Positions 25,193 through 33,883 of a stretch of 64,000 bases of DNA are shown piece by piece. Under the pieces are notes generated by a model. The model was not told the origin of the DNA. It saw only the letters and a program-made list of their open reading frames with translations, and made no database searches. Each line of letters opens with the position of its first letter. Within the stretch, counting starts at the first letter, position 1. Location of the stretch: assembly GCA_051362555.1 (NCBI GenBank), contig CM120641.1:22568001-22632000 (forward strand), written 5' to 3'. A program made the translations under genes and the position numbers. This DNA comes from Lingula anatina (lineage: Eukaryota > Animalia > Brachiopoda).

Positions 25193-25841
25193 TGTAAAGG
25201 TCTTCGTTTTTCTGCCACCAGTGTACGGTTCTCTTACTTCGCTGCCACCAACAAAACAAGGTCGCTGTTTTGTAAACTTTATTTCTACGAATAACTCTCA
25301 ACACAAATGTACATGTTTCTGTATCTTTTACTAAACACTGTCTCTATTCTTGCTGTACTGCTGTACTTCTAATTTAAACAACTGCAACTCAGCTACAATA
25401 AACTAACTGGAACTATATTGTGAAACTGACTCAAACTAAGTTGTGAAACTAAGTCTGACACTATACTCTCACTGAGTACTGCCACTATACTCTACAGTAA
25501 CTCTAACTGAGTACCGCCACTATACTCTACAGTAACTCTAACTGAACTCTAACTGGCCAACACTGCGTAGAGCAGCTGTATTTATAGGTTTCAAAAGTGG
25601 ACGACCTTGAATGGTTCACTGCTACTCTGACTGGCAGCCAGAGGAAAAGTGGACGGCCTTGAATGGTTGACCGCCAACCCCTCTACTGGACACCACAATC
25701 CCCTCTTTAGTAAACTGATACCACTTACAAGCCATTCCAACTTAAGGTTCAAAGTTCAACACACACAAGAATGTAAACAAAAGGCTAAAGCTTACTGCGG
25801 CAATTTTACCATGAATTTTAAGGCTATGTAAAATCGTTACA
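25193..25841 (-). repeat. 3' LTR of the Gypsy element
   Basis: By eye identical to 31641-32289 except at three sites (25197, 25204, 25207). Minus-strand TATAAATA (~25579-25586), AATAAA (~25278-25283) and an internal 35-bp tandem duplication. Confidence 0.97.
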
Positions 25842-25853
25842 CTCTCCCCCCCT
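25842..25853 (-). other. Polypurine tract
   Basis: AGGGGGGGAGAG on the minus strand, directly before the 3' LTR. Confidence 0.9.
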
Positions 25854-26123
25854 AGGTCTGATCCCACCGGGGATCTGCCCAACTACTAAATCAGTTAAAA
25901 CTAAAAATATTCTGAAACATTTAAGCAGTTAAAAATTCAGTCAGTTCATAAAGTTCATTCAATAGTTCAGTGTCACTTTGATTAAATAAAATTACTCTTA
26001 AGTTCAACATTGGGTTAATAATGATAATCATTTAAAGTTCATAGTCTGATTCATAATAATGTTCACTTTAAAGTTCAAAGTCTGATTAATAATAATGTTC
26101 ATTTTAAAAGTTCATTGTCACAG

Positions 26124-29100
26124 TCAATCAGCAAATCTCTTGGGAGGTCTTCTTTTCCTTTGTGGTCTTCCCTCATTTCTCAAATCACTGTCGGGTTGGT
26201 TCTTGGGTACTTGCACTTGTTTAGATTGACCACTCTGCTTCATCCTGTGTTTGATGGCACTTCCCTCATGTTTCAGTGGACTGCCTTCTACATAATTACC
26301 TTTATGTACACATTTCTGCAAACTTGACACCCAATCTGGAACTTGGTCACTTAAAAATGGCTTAGGACGGTCATGGTGCACGATCTTCATTTTACACTTA
26401 GGCTTGCCTTTCACTGCAAACAACAAATCACTGTGCTTTTTGACAACAACAAAAGGTCCTTGCCATTTATCACGTTTCAGCTTTGGGCTCAGTCCCACTG
26501 TTCTAGTGCTATCTAGTAAGAACACCAAGTCACCAACTTTATAGTTATTTTGCGAAATACGGGTGTCATGGTCTCTTTTCTGCCTTTGATAGTCCTTTTT
26601 CAAATGCAATCTCACTATTTCATGAATTCTAGTCATTTTCTCTTGCAACAATTTGACATACTCTGAAGGAGACGTCACAGATCGGTCTTCTGGTGGTTTT
26701 CCAAAGATCAGTTCTGTAGCTGTGTGAACTTCTCTGCCTAACATAAGCAAATTAGGGGAATAACCAGTGCTTTCATGTTTACAGCACCTGTATGCTGCAG
26801 TCAATAAAGGCAAATGAATGTCCCAATCCCGTTGGTCTTCTGACACGTAAGCTGATATCATGTCACATAACACAATATTGAATCTCTCCACCATTCCATT
26901 TCCTGAGGGATGATAGCTGGATGTTCGGGTTTTATTTATTTCTAATACTTGACATACTTGTTTGAATAACTGTGACTCATAGTTGCTACCTTGGTCTGAA
27001 TGGAGATCAAGGGGTAGGCCAAATCTAGAGAAAAACTCTGTCACTAGCTTGTGTGCTACAGTTTTAGCTGATATGTCAGGGATGGCATAGCACTCCACCC
27101 ATTTGGAAAACTGGTCCATTGCTAATAGAATATATTTATTGCCTCTTTCACTGACTGGAAAAGGTCCTAAGATGTCTGTTGCCACTCTGTCCATGGGAGC
27201 GCCTACAGCATATCTTAGCAAAGGAGCCTTGGGTCTTGACCGTGGTCTTTTTCTCCCACCACAAATAGCACATCTTCTTATGTAATCTCTCACACTTTCT
27301 TTCATCTTGTACCAGTAGAAGTGTCTTTTCAACTTGCTCACTGTTTTCTTGACACCGAGGTGACCCGACGTGACTTTGTCATGTACGCCCTTCATCACCT
27401 CATTCCTCATCTCTTTCGGAACCAATATCTGTAAAAAGGAACCTGTCTTATCTAACGTTTCCCATCTCTTATATAAAATGCCCTCCTGCAGCACAAGTTG
27501 GTCCCAAAGCAACCATAACTGTCGTACTGCAGGACTTTCTGCGGCCACTTTATCTCTCTCTGGTCTCTGTGATGACTGTTCCTTCCAGTCCAGCACAGTC
27601 TTCAACTCAGGGTCTTTACACTGCAAATTAAACAATTCATTCACAGTGTAACTGCCCAGCCACTCGGCTGGAAGTCTATCTCTGTCACTCTCAGATTCAC
27701 TGAGATCTGTATCTTCATCACCATGAGAAAAATCTTGATCCTTGAATGTCAAGTTTTCTCTAGGCAGCACTTCCCTTTTCTTGGAAACTCTCATCCTTCG
27801 AAGAGAAAGTGCTCTAACTTCCTTAAAGATACACTTGAATTTCATGGTCACCCAGCTCAGGATTACAAAGAACAATGTCAGTAGGGTGTAAAGGCCTGTC
27901 AATAAAACTGAACAAGCTGCTGTATACACACATTTTACTGGACATTTTCCTTGGTTTCCCGATACTTGACCACTGCCACAGACTCCATTGTCTGATTTTG
28001 GTTCTTTCTTTCGGTTTTCTGTCATTCTTCTGGTTACTAAAGGGACAACGTCTTCTTCCAGATATCTGGACCATTGTTCATGTTTCTTTTTACACTGTAC
28101 GCAACCCTCGCATGGCAAATTGCTTAAAATGGACTCTCCATCATAGCATGGACACTCATCTGGGTCGCATGGAAATCTCGATATTGCATCTGCGTTACCG
28201 TGTCTAGCCCCTGCTCGGTGTTCTATTTTAAAATCATACTGTGATAACACTTCCAGCCATCTGGCCATCTGATCATTGGGCTCCTTAAAGGACATAACCC
28301 ATCGGAGGGCACTGTGATCGCTTCGTACCAAAAACTGTCTACCCAATAAATGGTGTCTAAATTGTTGAACAAAGGTAACAACGGCAAGCAGTTCTTTTCT
28401 AGTCACGCAGTAACGGCGTTGAGTTTTCGTCAATGACTTACTTGCATACGCGACTGGTTTCTCTATTTCTTTCTGGGTCTTCTCACACCACTGTAACTGA
28501 GATAAAACGGCACCAATGCCCGTGGCTGAAGCATCAGTGTCGAGAATATACAATCCTTCGTCTCTCGGATACGCCATTACCTCATTACCTGTAAGGGCAC
28601 TTTTGAGGTCCTCAAATGCTGTCTGACAAGAGTCCGTCCAAGTAAACGCCTGGCCGGCCTGGAGCAGGTAATTAATTGGAGCAGCTCTTGTTGAAAATCC
28701 TCTAATAAATCTACGATAATATGAGCACAGTCCTAGAAAACTACGTACATCAGTCAGATTCCTGGGAACTGGCCATTTCTTTATACACTCTACCTTCTCA
28801 GGATCTGGTTTAACGCCATCTTGTGTCACTACATGTCCCAAAAACTGAACTTCAGTCTGGAACAACCTGCATTTGCTTGGCTTCAGTTTTAGCCCTGCTT
28901 TTCCAAGACGATTAAAAACCTCGTCAAGTCTCTTATAGTGTTCTTCAAACGATTTACCAAACACAATAATGTCATCAAGGTAAATCAACACTGTCTGCCA
29001 CTGCAAACCACGTAAAATCAGTTCCATACACCGTTCGAAGGTTGAAGGAGAATTAGAAAGACCAAAAGGCATAACATTATATTCGTATAACCCATTTCTG

Positions 29101-30452
29101 GTCACAAATGCAGTCTTTGGCTTATCTTCTTCTGCTACCTCGATTTGATAATACCCGCTCTGGCAATCAGCTATTGAAAAGAAAATTGAGCCACCAAGAG
29201 AGTCTAAACAGTCATTTATTCGAGGAAGAGGGTAAGCATCTTTAACTGTTACATCATTTAAGCGTCTATAGTCAACACAGGGTCTTGTTGTTCCATCCTT
29301 TTTCTTGACATAAACTAGTGGAGATGACCAAGGTGAGGTGGACTCTCTAATAACACCATTTTGGAGCTGTTCCTGAATTATTTTCTCTTCTTCTCCAGCA
29401 AACGCTCTAGGGGGTCTTCTGGGCTGCTGTTTTATGGGTCTTGCATCACCAGTGACGATCTTATGCTTCACGACAGATGTGTGACCCATGTCACTGGAAG
29501 ACTTGGCAAAAACATCACTGTGCTTCTGCAGGAGTTTCTTTAATTCACATCTTTCAAAGTCAGTCAAATTCTCACCTGACTGTTTATAGAGGTCAGCCAG
29601 GTACTCAGGCAATTCTGGGCTATGAAGGGTTAAGTCTGACTTTTGTTTACCAGGGGTTAAGTCTGCTCGTAAGATGGGCACAGAAAGGCTATCTTCAAGT
29701 TTATCACCAATCACATGGTCTACTTCATGTAAATGAGCAGCGCAGGTGTCTTTCAAAAGTGAAATGTCTTCATTAGAGGGGTTAAGGAGTCTCAAAGGTA
29801 TTTTATTGTCTCTTCTGAAAGGATCAACTAGCACATGTCCGATCAGAAAATCACTTGACTTCTCTGGAATTGCCTCTACCAGTCCGAATCCTGATTTTAT
29901 TTTGCTAGAATTGACTGTCCCTTCTATGATCAACTCACTGTTTGCAGGAATAATAACGTCATTAGTCACTGTCACTCTTAAGGCATGCTTTGGTTCCCTC
30001 TCAACCAAACAGGGCACTCTCTTCCCATTAAGTTTCAGTCCGTTCACACCCAGTGAAAAATCATGATGGCACAGGAAGTCCATTCCTAACAAACCATCGT
30101 CCTTTATTTTTGCTACAAGCATGTCCCATACAAACATTTCTTCACCAGACTGAAATCTTATTTCTACATGGCCTTCAATTTCAATGTTTCTACTGTCTGC
30201 AACCTGCAACTGCAATTTTCTATGAGTCTTTTTCAGTTCAGGTCTAAAATCATGGGGAATTCGTTCATAAATGTGGGTAGATATAATTGTTTTTGACGCA
30301 CCAGTGTCTACAATAAAGTTCACTTCTTGGCCCTGAATCTTCACTGGCCAAGAAACACTAGCATTTCTACAACTAACGGTTTCAATGTCACTGTCAACAG
30401 GTGTTTTTAGGGGTTCATTCTGGCCGGCTGGAATGCCCCTTCTCAGTTTCCC
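26124..30452 (-). CDS. pol: Gypsy Pol (protease, RT, RNase H, integrase), reached by -1 frameshift from gag
   Basis: Supplied 1456-aa ORF: protease FIVDTGAS, RT MPFGL..YLDD, RNase H DTDAS, integrase zinc finger HDKVTSGHLG..CAIC, catalytic DILGP / HSDQG / GMVERFN. Confidence 0.97.
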   Translation of the reverse strand, partial: GKLRRGIPAGQNEPLKTPVDSDIETVSCRNASVSWPVKIQGQEVNFIVDTGASKTIISTHIYERIPHDFRPELKKTHRKLQLQVADSRNIEIEGHVEIRFQSGEEMFVWDMLVAKIKDDGLLGMDFLCHHDFSLGVNGLKLNGKRVPCLVEREPKHALRVTVTNDVIIPANSELIIEGTVNSSKIKSGFGLVEAIPEKSSDFLIGHVLVDPFRRDNKIPLRLLNPSNEDISLLKDTCAAHLHEVDHVIGDKLEDSLSVPILRADLTPGKQKSDLTLHSPELPEYLADLYKQSGENLTDFERCELKKLLQKHSDVFAKSSSDMGHTSVVKHKIVTGDARPIKQQPRRPPRAFAGEEEKIIQEQLQNGVIRESTSPWSSPLVYVKKKDGTTRPCVDYRRLNDVTVKDAYPLPRINDCLDSLGGSIFFSIADCQSGYYQIEVAEEDKPKTAFVTRNGLYEYNVMPFGLSNSPSTFERCMELILRGLQWQTVLIYLDDIIVFGKSFEEHYKRLDEVFNRLGKAGLKLKPSKCRLFQTEVQFLGHVVTQDGVKPDPEKVECIKKWPVPRNLTDVRSFLGLCSYYRRFIRGFSTRAAPINYLLQAGQAFTWTDSCQTAFEDLKSALTGNEVMAYPRDEGLYILDTDASATGIGAVLSQLQWCEKTQKEIEKPVAYASKSLTKTQRRYCVTRKELLAVVTFVQQFRHHLLGRQFLVRSDHSALRWVMSFKEPNDQMARWLEVLSQYDFKIEHRAGARHGNADAISRFPCDPDECPCYDGESILSNLPCEGCVQCKKKHEQWSRYLEEDVVPLVTRRMTENRKKEPKSDNGVCGSGQVSGNQGKCPVKCVYTAACSVLLTGLYTLLTLFFVILSWVTMKFKCIFKEVRALSLRRMRVSKKREVLPRENLTFKDQDFSHGDEDTDLSESESDRDRLPAEWLGSYTVNELFNLQCKDPELKTVLDWKEQSSQRPERDKVAAESPAVRQLWLLWDQLVLQEGILYKRWETLDKTGSFLQILVPKEMRNEVMKGVHDKVTSGHLGVKKTVSKLKRHFYWYKMKESVRDYIRRCAICGGRKRPRSRPKAPLLRYAVGAPMDRVATDILGPFPVSERGNKYILLAMDQFSKWVECYAIPDISAKTVAHKLVTEFFSRFGLPLDLHSDQGSNYESQLFKQVCQVLEINKTRTSSYHPSGNGMVERFNIVLCDMISAYVSEDQRDWDIHLPLLTAAYRCCKHESTGYSPNLLMLGREVHTATELIFGKPPEDRSVTSPSEYVKLLQEKMTRIHEIVRLHLKKDYQRQKRDHDTRISQNNYKVGDLVFLLDSTRTVGLSPKLKRDKWQGPFVVVKKHSDLLFAVKGKPKCKMKIVHHDRPKPFLSDQVPDWVSSLQKCVHKGNYVEGSPLKHEGSAIKHRMKQSGQSKQVQVPKNQPDSDLRNEGRPQRKRRPPKRFAD

Positions 30453-31570
30453 TGGTTGTTTACATGCGGAGCCTCTTTCACAGGTGCCTTGCATTCTCTT
30501 GCCAGATGCCCATATCTATGGCACTTGAAACACTCTATGTTGTTTTTCCAATTTTCTGACTTGGGTGGTGGAGGACTTTTCTTGTCTTTTGCTTTCTCTT
30601 TCATTATCAAGTCTTTAATTTCATCTAACTTCTTGTCAAACTTCTTTTCAAGCTGGTGTAGCTGACTTTCTGTTACAACAGCCTCAGGATTTGCTGCCCT
30701 AACACTTGGTCTTTTCACTGCCTCTTCTCTTAGACTGTTATACATTTCAAGGGCCTCCCTTGCTTCGTCTAGATTTTTGGGCGTTTTCATGCCCACTGCC
30801 ACGGCGGCTTGATGGTCTGGCAACCCTTTTATGAAGTGGCGCAATGCAATGGTCTCACGTGTGGTGCAGTCAGCCGTCGGGTAACCTTTTAACACTAACT
30901 TTCTAATATCGGAGATGTACTCTGGCAGTTTCTCTCTTGAACTAAGCTTTCTATTCTCTAGCTCTGATAGATAAGAGCTTGTAGTACGCTTTTCTTGAAA
31001 TCGGTTTTGCAATGCCCTCTGTAGCAGAGGGTAGGAATTTACCACTTCTGCTGACAACTGCACAAAGGCGAAATCAGCAGCCTCACCACGCAGACTGTTA
31101 CATAATCTAAACAGTTTCTCAGACTCACTCCATTCACAAGTCTGGCTTAGTGCTTTGAATGGCTCAATGAAACCCTCCCAGGATTCTTTTCCACTAAAGA
31201 GAGTCTGTCTGGGCAAAGGTATTTCAAAGTTACTACGGCCGTTAATTCTGTGAAATGGGGTAAGTGTAGGGGTTATTGTTTCTGATATGGGTTCATTCTG
31301 GGCTCTGTGTTCTATTTCTGTCTCTTTCTGTCGCTCTAGGGCTCTGACTCTCTGTTCTGCAGCCTCAGCACGTGCCTCTAAGATGTCCGCATTTTCTTTT
31401 GCTTTTCTAATTAATCTTTCTTTCTCTGCCTCTGCTTCTTCTACAGCATTTTGTATTCTGTGAGTAGAATTTTCTTTTTCAGCTTCAAGAGCTCTGCAGG
31501 CTTCTTCTAACTGTTCCTCCAGGTTTCTCACTTCCTCCTGGTCAGATCTGTTGTCCTTTTTAGGAGGCAT
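30443..31570 (-). CDS. gag: Gypsy Gag, 375 aa
   Basis: N-terminal coiled coil, capsid-like FSGKESWEGF..W..LRGEA..F, C-terminal zinc knuckle CFKCHRYGHLAREC. Confidence 0.95.
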   Translation of the reverse strand: MPPKKDNRSDQEEVRNLEEQLEEACRALEAEKENSTHRIQNAVEEAEAEKERLIRKAKENADILEARAEAAEQRVRALERQKETEIEHRAQNEPISETITPTLTPFHRINGRSNFEIPLPRQTLFSGKESWEGFIEPFKALSQTCEWSESEKLFRLCNSLRGEAADFAFVQLSAEVVNSYPLLQRALQNRFQEKRTTSSYLSELENRKLSSREKLPEYISDIRKLVLKGYPTADCTTRETIALRHFIKGLPDHQAAVAVGMKTPKNLDEAREALEMYNSLREEAVKRPSVRAANPEAVVTESQLHQLEKKFDKKLDEIKDLIMKEKAKDKKSPPPPKSENWKNNIECFKCHRYGHLARECKAPVKEAPHVNNQGN

Positions 31571-31620
31571 TTTGAATTTCTTGATTTCTTGAGCTTTTCT
31601 CTTGGCGTGTTAAAGTCTGT

Positions 31621-31639
31621 ATCCCAGCGCTTGCCACCA
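31621..31639 (-). other. Primer binding site, tRNA-Leu-like
   Basis: TGGTGGCAAGCGCTGGGAT, 1 nt after the 5' LTR; close to the complement of the animal tRNA-Leu(AAG/TAG) 3' end TGGTGGCAGCGGTGGGAT as I recall it. Confidence 0.8.
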
Positions 31640-31640
31640 G

Positions 31641-32289
31641 TGTAGAGGTCTCCGCTTTTCTGCCACCAGTGTACGGTTCTCTTACTTCGCTGCCACCAAC
31701 AAAACAAGGTCGCTGTTTTGTAAACTTTATTTCTACGAATAACTCTCAACACAAATGTACATGTTTCTGTATCTTTTACTAAACACTGTCTCTATTCTTG
31801 CTGTACTGCTGTACTTCTAATTTAAACAACTGCAACTCAGCTACAATAAACTAACTGGAACTATATTGTGAAACTGACTCAAACTAAGTTGTGAAACTAA
31901 GTCTGACACTATACTCTCACTGAGTACTGCCACTATACTCTACAGTAACTCTAACTGAGTACCGCCACTATACTCTACAGTAACTCTAACTGAACTCTAA
32001 CTGGCCAACACTGCGTAGAGCAGCTGTATTTATAGGTTTCAAAAGTGGACGACCTTGAATGGTTCACTGCTACTCTGACTGGCAGCCAGAGGAAAAGTGG
32101 ACGGCCTTGAATGGTTGACCGCCAACCCCTCTACTGGACACCACAATCCCCTCTTTAGTAAACTGATACCACTTACAAGCCATTCCAACTTAAGGTTCAA
32201 AGTTCAACACACACAAGAATGTAAACAAAAGGCTAAAGCTTACTGCGGCAATTTTACCATGAATTTTAAGGCTATGTAAAATCGTTACA
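31641..32289 (-). repeat. 5' LTR of the Gypsy element
   Basis: Direct repeat of 25193-25841; adjacent to the PBS and the gag start. Confidence 0.97.
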
Positions 32290-32884
32290 ATATAAAGCAC
32301 CTAATAAAAAAATCGACTTCCGGGGTGGTTATAGTGGGTTAAACTTAAGTGGGTCGGAACCAGGTAACGATTGGGCTTTGTGACATGGAGTGATATCGAA
32401 TATTTACACTTTGGCAAGCACGTACGTCTCACCTCTGTCCTCCGGAGCTTTCAGTCTAGGCCCCTATCATCTAAATACCCTTTAGTAAATACCGGTACAT
32501 GTGTACCCGGCGTATGCATGTACATCTGCATAAATACTAGTAGAACTACATGTACCAGTACAGTAGAATGGCGGAAGTGTGAACACTCTAGATGGCGCGT
32601 ATGAACCATCTGCATTTTACGTTGGCAGTAATATAACCTAGGCCTACGAATGCGTACAGTCCTTACAACGCCTTAGACAATGTGAGAGTAAGTTAGGATT
32701 ACCTGGTGTAGGTAACCAGTTCTTCTCCCAGAACTCCTCTGTTCAGACTGTAACAGACTACCGACTCTGACGTACTAACGATGAATGCAGTGTTCGATTA
32801 ACCCAGTTTCAGTGAAAGTCTAAGTTGGCCTTTATTTAACCGATATAATACCCTGATTTAAACAATTTACGAGTCCTTGCTTCG

Positions 32885-33095
32885 CAGTGGCGGATTAAGG
32901 GGGGTTCAGGGGGGTCCTGACCCCACCCCCCTCCCCCTTCGGTTTTTGAAATTAGAATTTTGACTATTGGAATCATAGTTCTAAACTGTAGGCCTATATG
33001 GTACCGTTCGCCCTCTAAAATGGTTAAATTTTTCGGGCAGAGGCAAATCCAGGATTATTTGAAGGGGGTCCGCGGATGCGAAGCCGACCCTACCT

Positions 33096-33129
<34 letters not shown>

Positions 33130-33160
33130 TTGGCGTGGGGTGCGGGGATGCGGGTGTTTT
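32885..33160. mobile_element. MITE-like terminal fragments with G/C runs
   Basis: CAGTGGCGGATTAAGGGGGG at 32885 and CAGAGGCAAATCCAGGATT at ~33037 resemble common invertebrate non-autonomous element ends; poly-C at ~33097-33129. No partner TIR found. Confidence 0.35.
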
Positions 33161-33848
33161 TACAGTAAATGCCATATTGTTTCAAGAATTGACATTTCGT
33201 TCTTGTATGCATTATAAACTGATAAATGTAAATTAATTGCCTCATTTTTATTTTGCCGTCCATATGTCAGAAAAATAGGCTTCTTGAATTAATTGAGCGA
33301 TTTTTCAACATCTATTTTTCAAAGTCTATAAAGAACACAACCTGAAACTCAAGGTAATAACGAGCAACAAACAAACCAACAAAAATGACCTAATTTTTCT
33401 CAGAGATAAAGCACATCTCAGCATCAAATTATGTTTATTTTTTGTCCGCACCCGTGCAACTTTCGAGATCCTGGATCCTGGTGACAGAAAGCCAAAAGTC
33501 TAGCTTTTTGTATACATGTAAGTTATGCGAACATTTTCTGATTCATGATTCATGACACGCCAGTGGAGAGTTTTCGCTAACGAAGGTTTTAATAACGGAA
33601 ATTTAAAAAAACGTTTTGGATAAAATTTGCACGTTATTGATACTAACAAAAAATTAGACTGTGCAAAAGGGGTGTTACGAGATGCAGACGCATTTTGCCC
33701 TCAACCTGAGGTATAGTTTTCGCAATGCCTGGTTTCGAAGGTTTTGCAAATTAGGCTACTTTTTATGAAAATGCACTTTTGCCGTGTTTCGTGGAAAACA
33801 TTTAACTCTGCCCTGTCACCATATCGTCTTGCTAATCGTGGATGTAAC

Positions 33849-33883
<35 letters not shown>

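Larger units (their letters stand above)
25193..32289 (-). mobile_element. Complete, recent Ty3/Gypsy LTR retrotransposon (7097 bp)
   Basis: Two 649-bp TG..CA LTRs, ATAT TSD (25189-25192 / 32290-32293), PBS, PPT, uninterrupted gag and pol in PR-RT-RH-IN order. Confidence 0.98.

Noticed and set aside
25649-25831. Identical 60-aa ORFs at 25649 and 32097
   Set aside because: Antisense ORFs duplicated only because they lie in the two LTRs; no ATG start and no recognisable domain.
25854-26123. Possible env or third ORF in the Gypsy element
   Set aside because: Only ~270 bp of AT-rich, internally repetitive sequence lies between the pol stop and the PPT.
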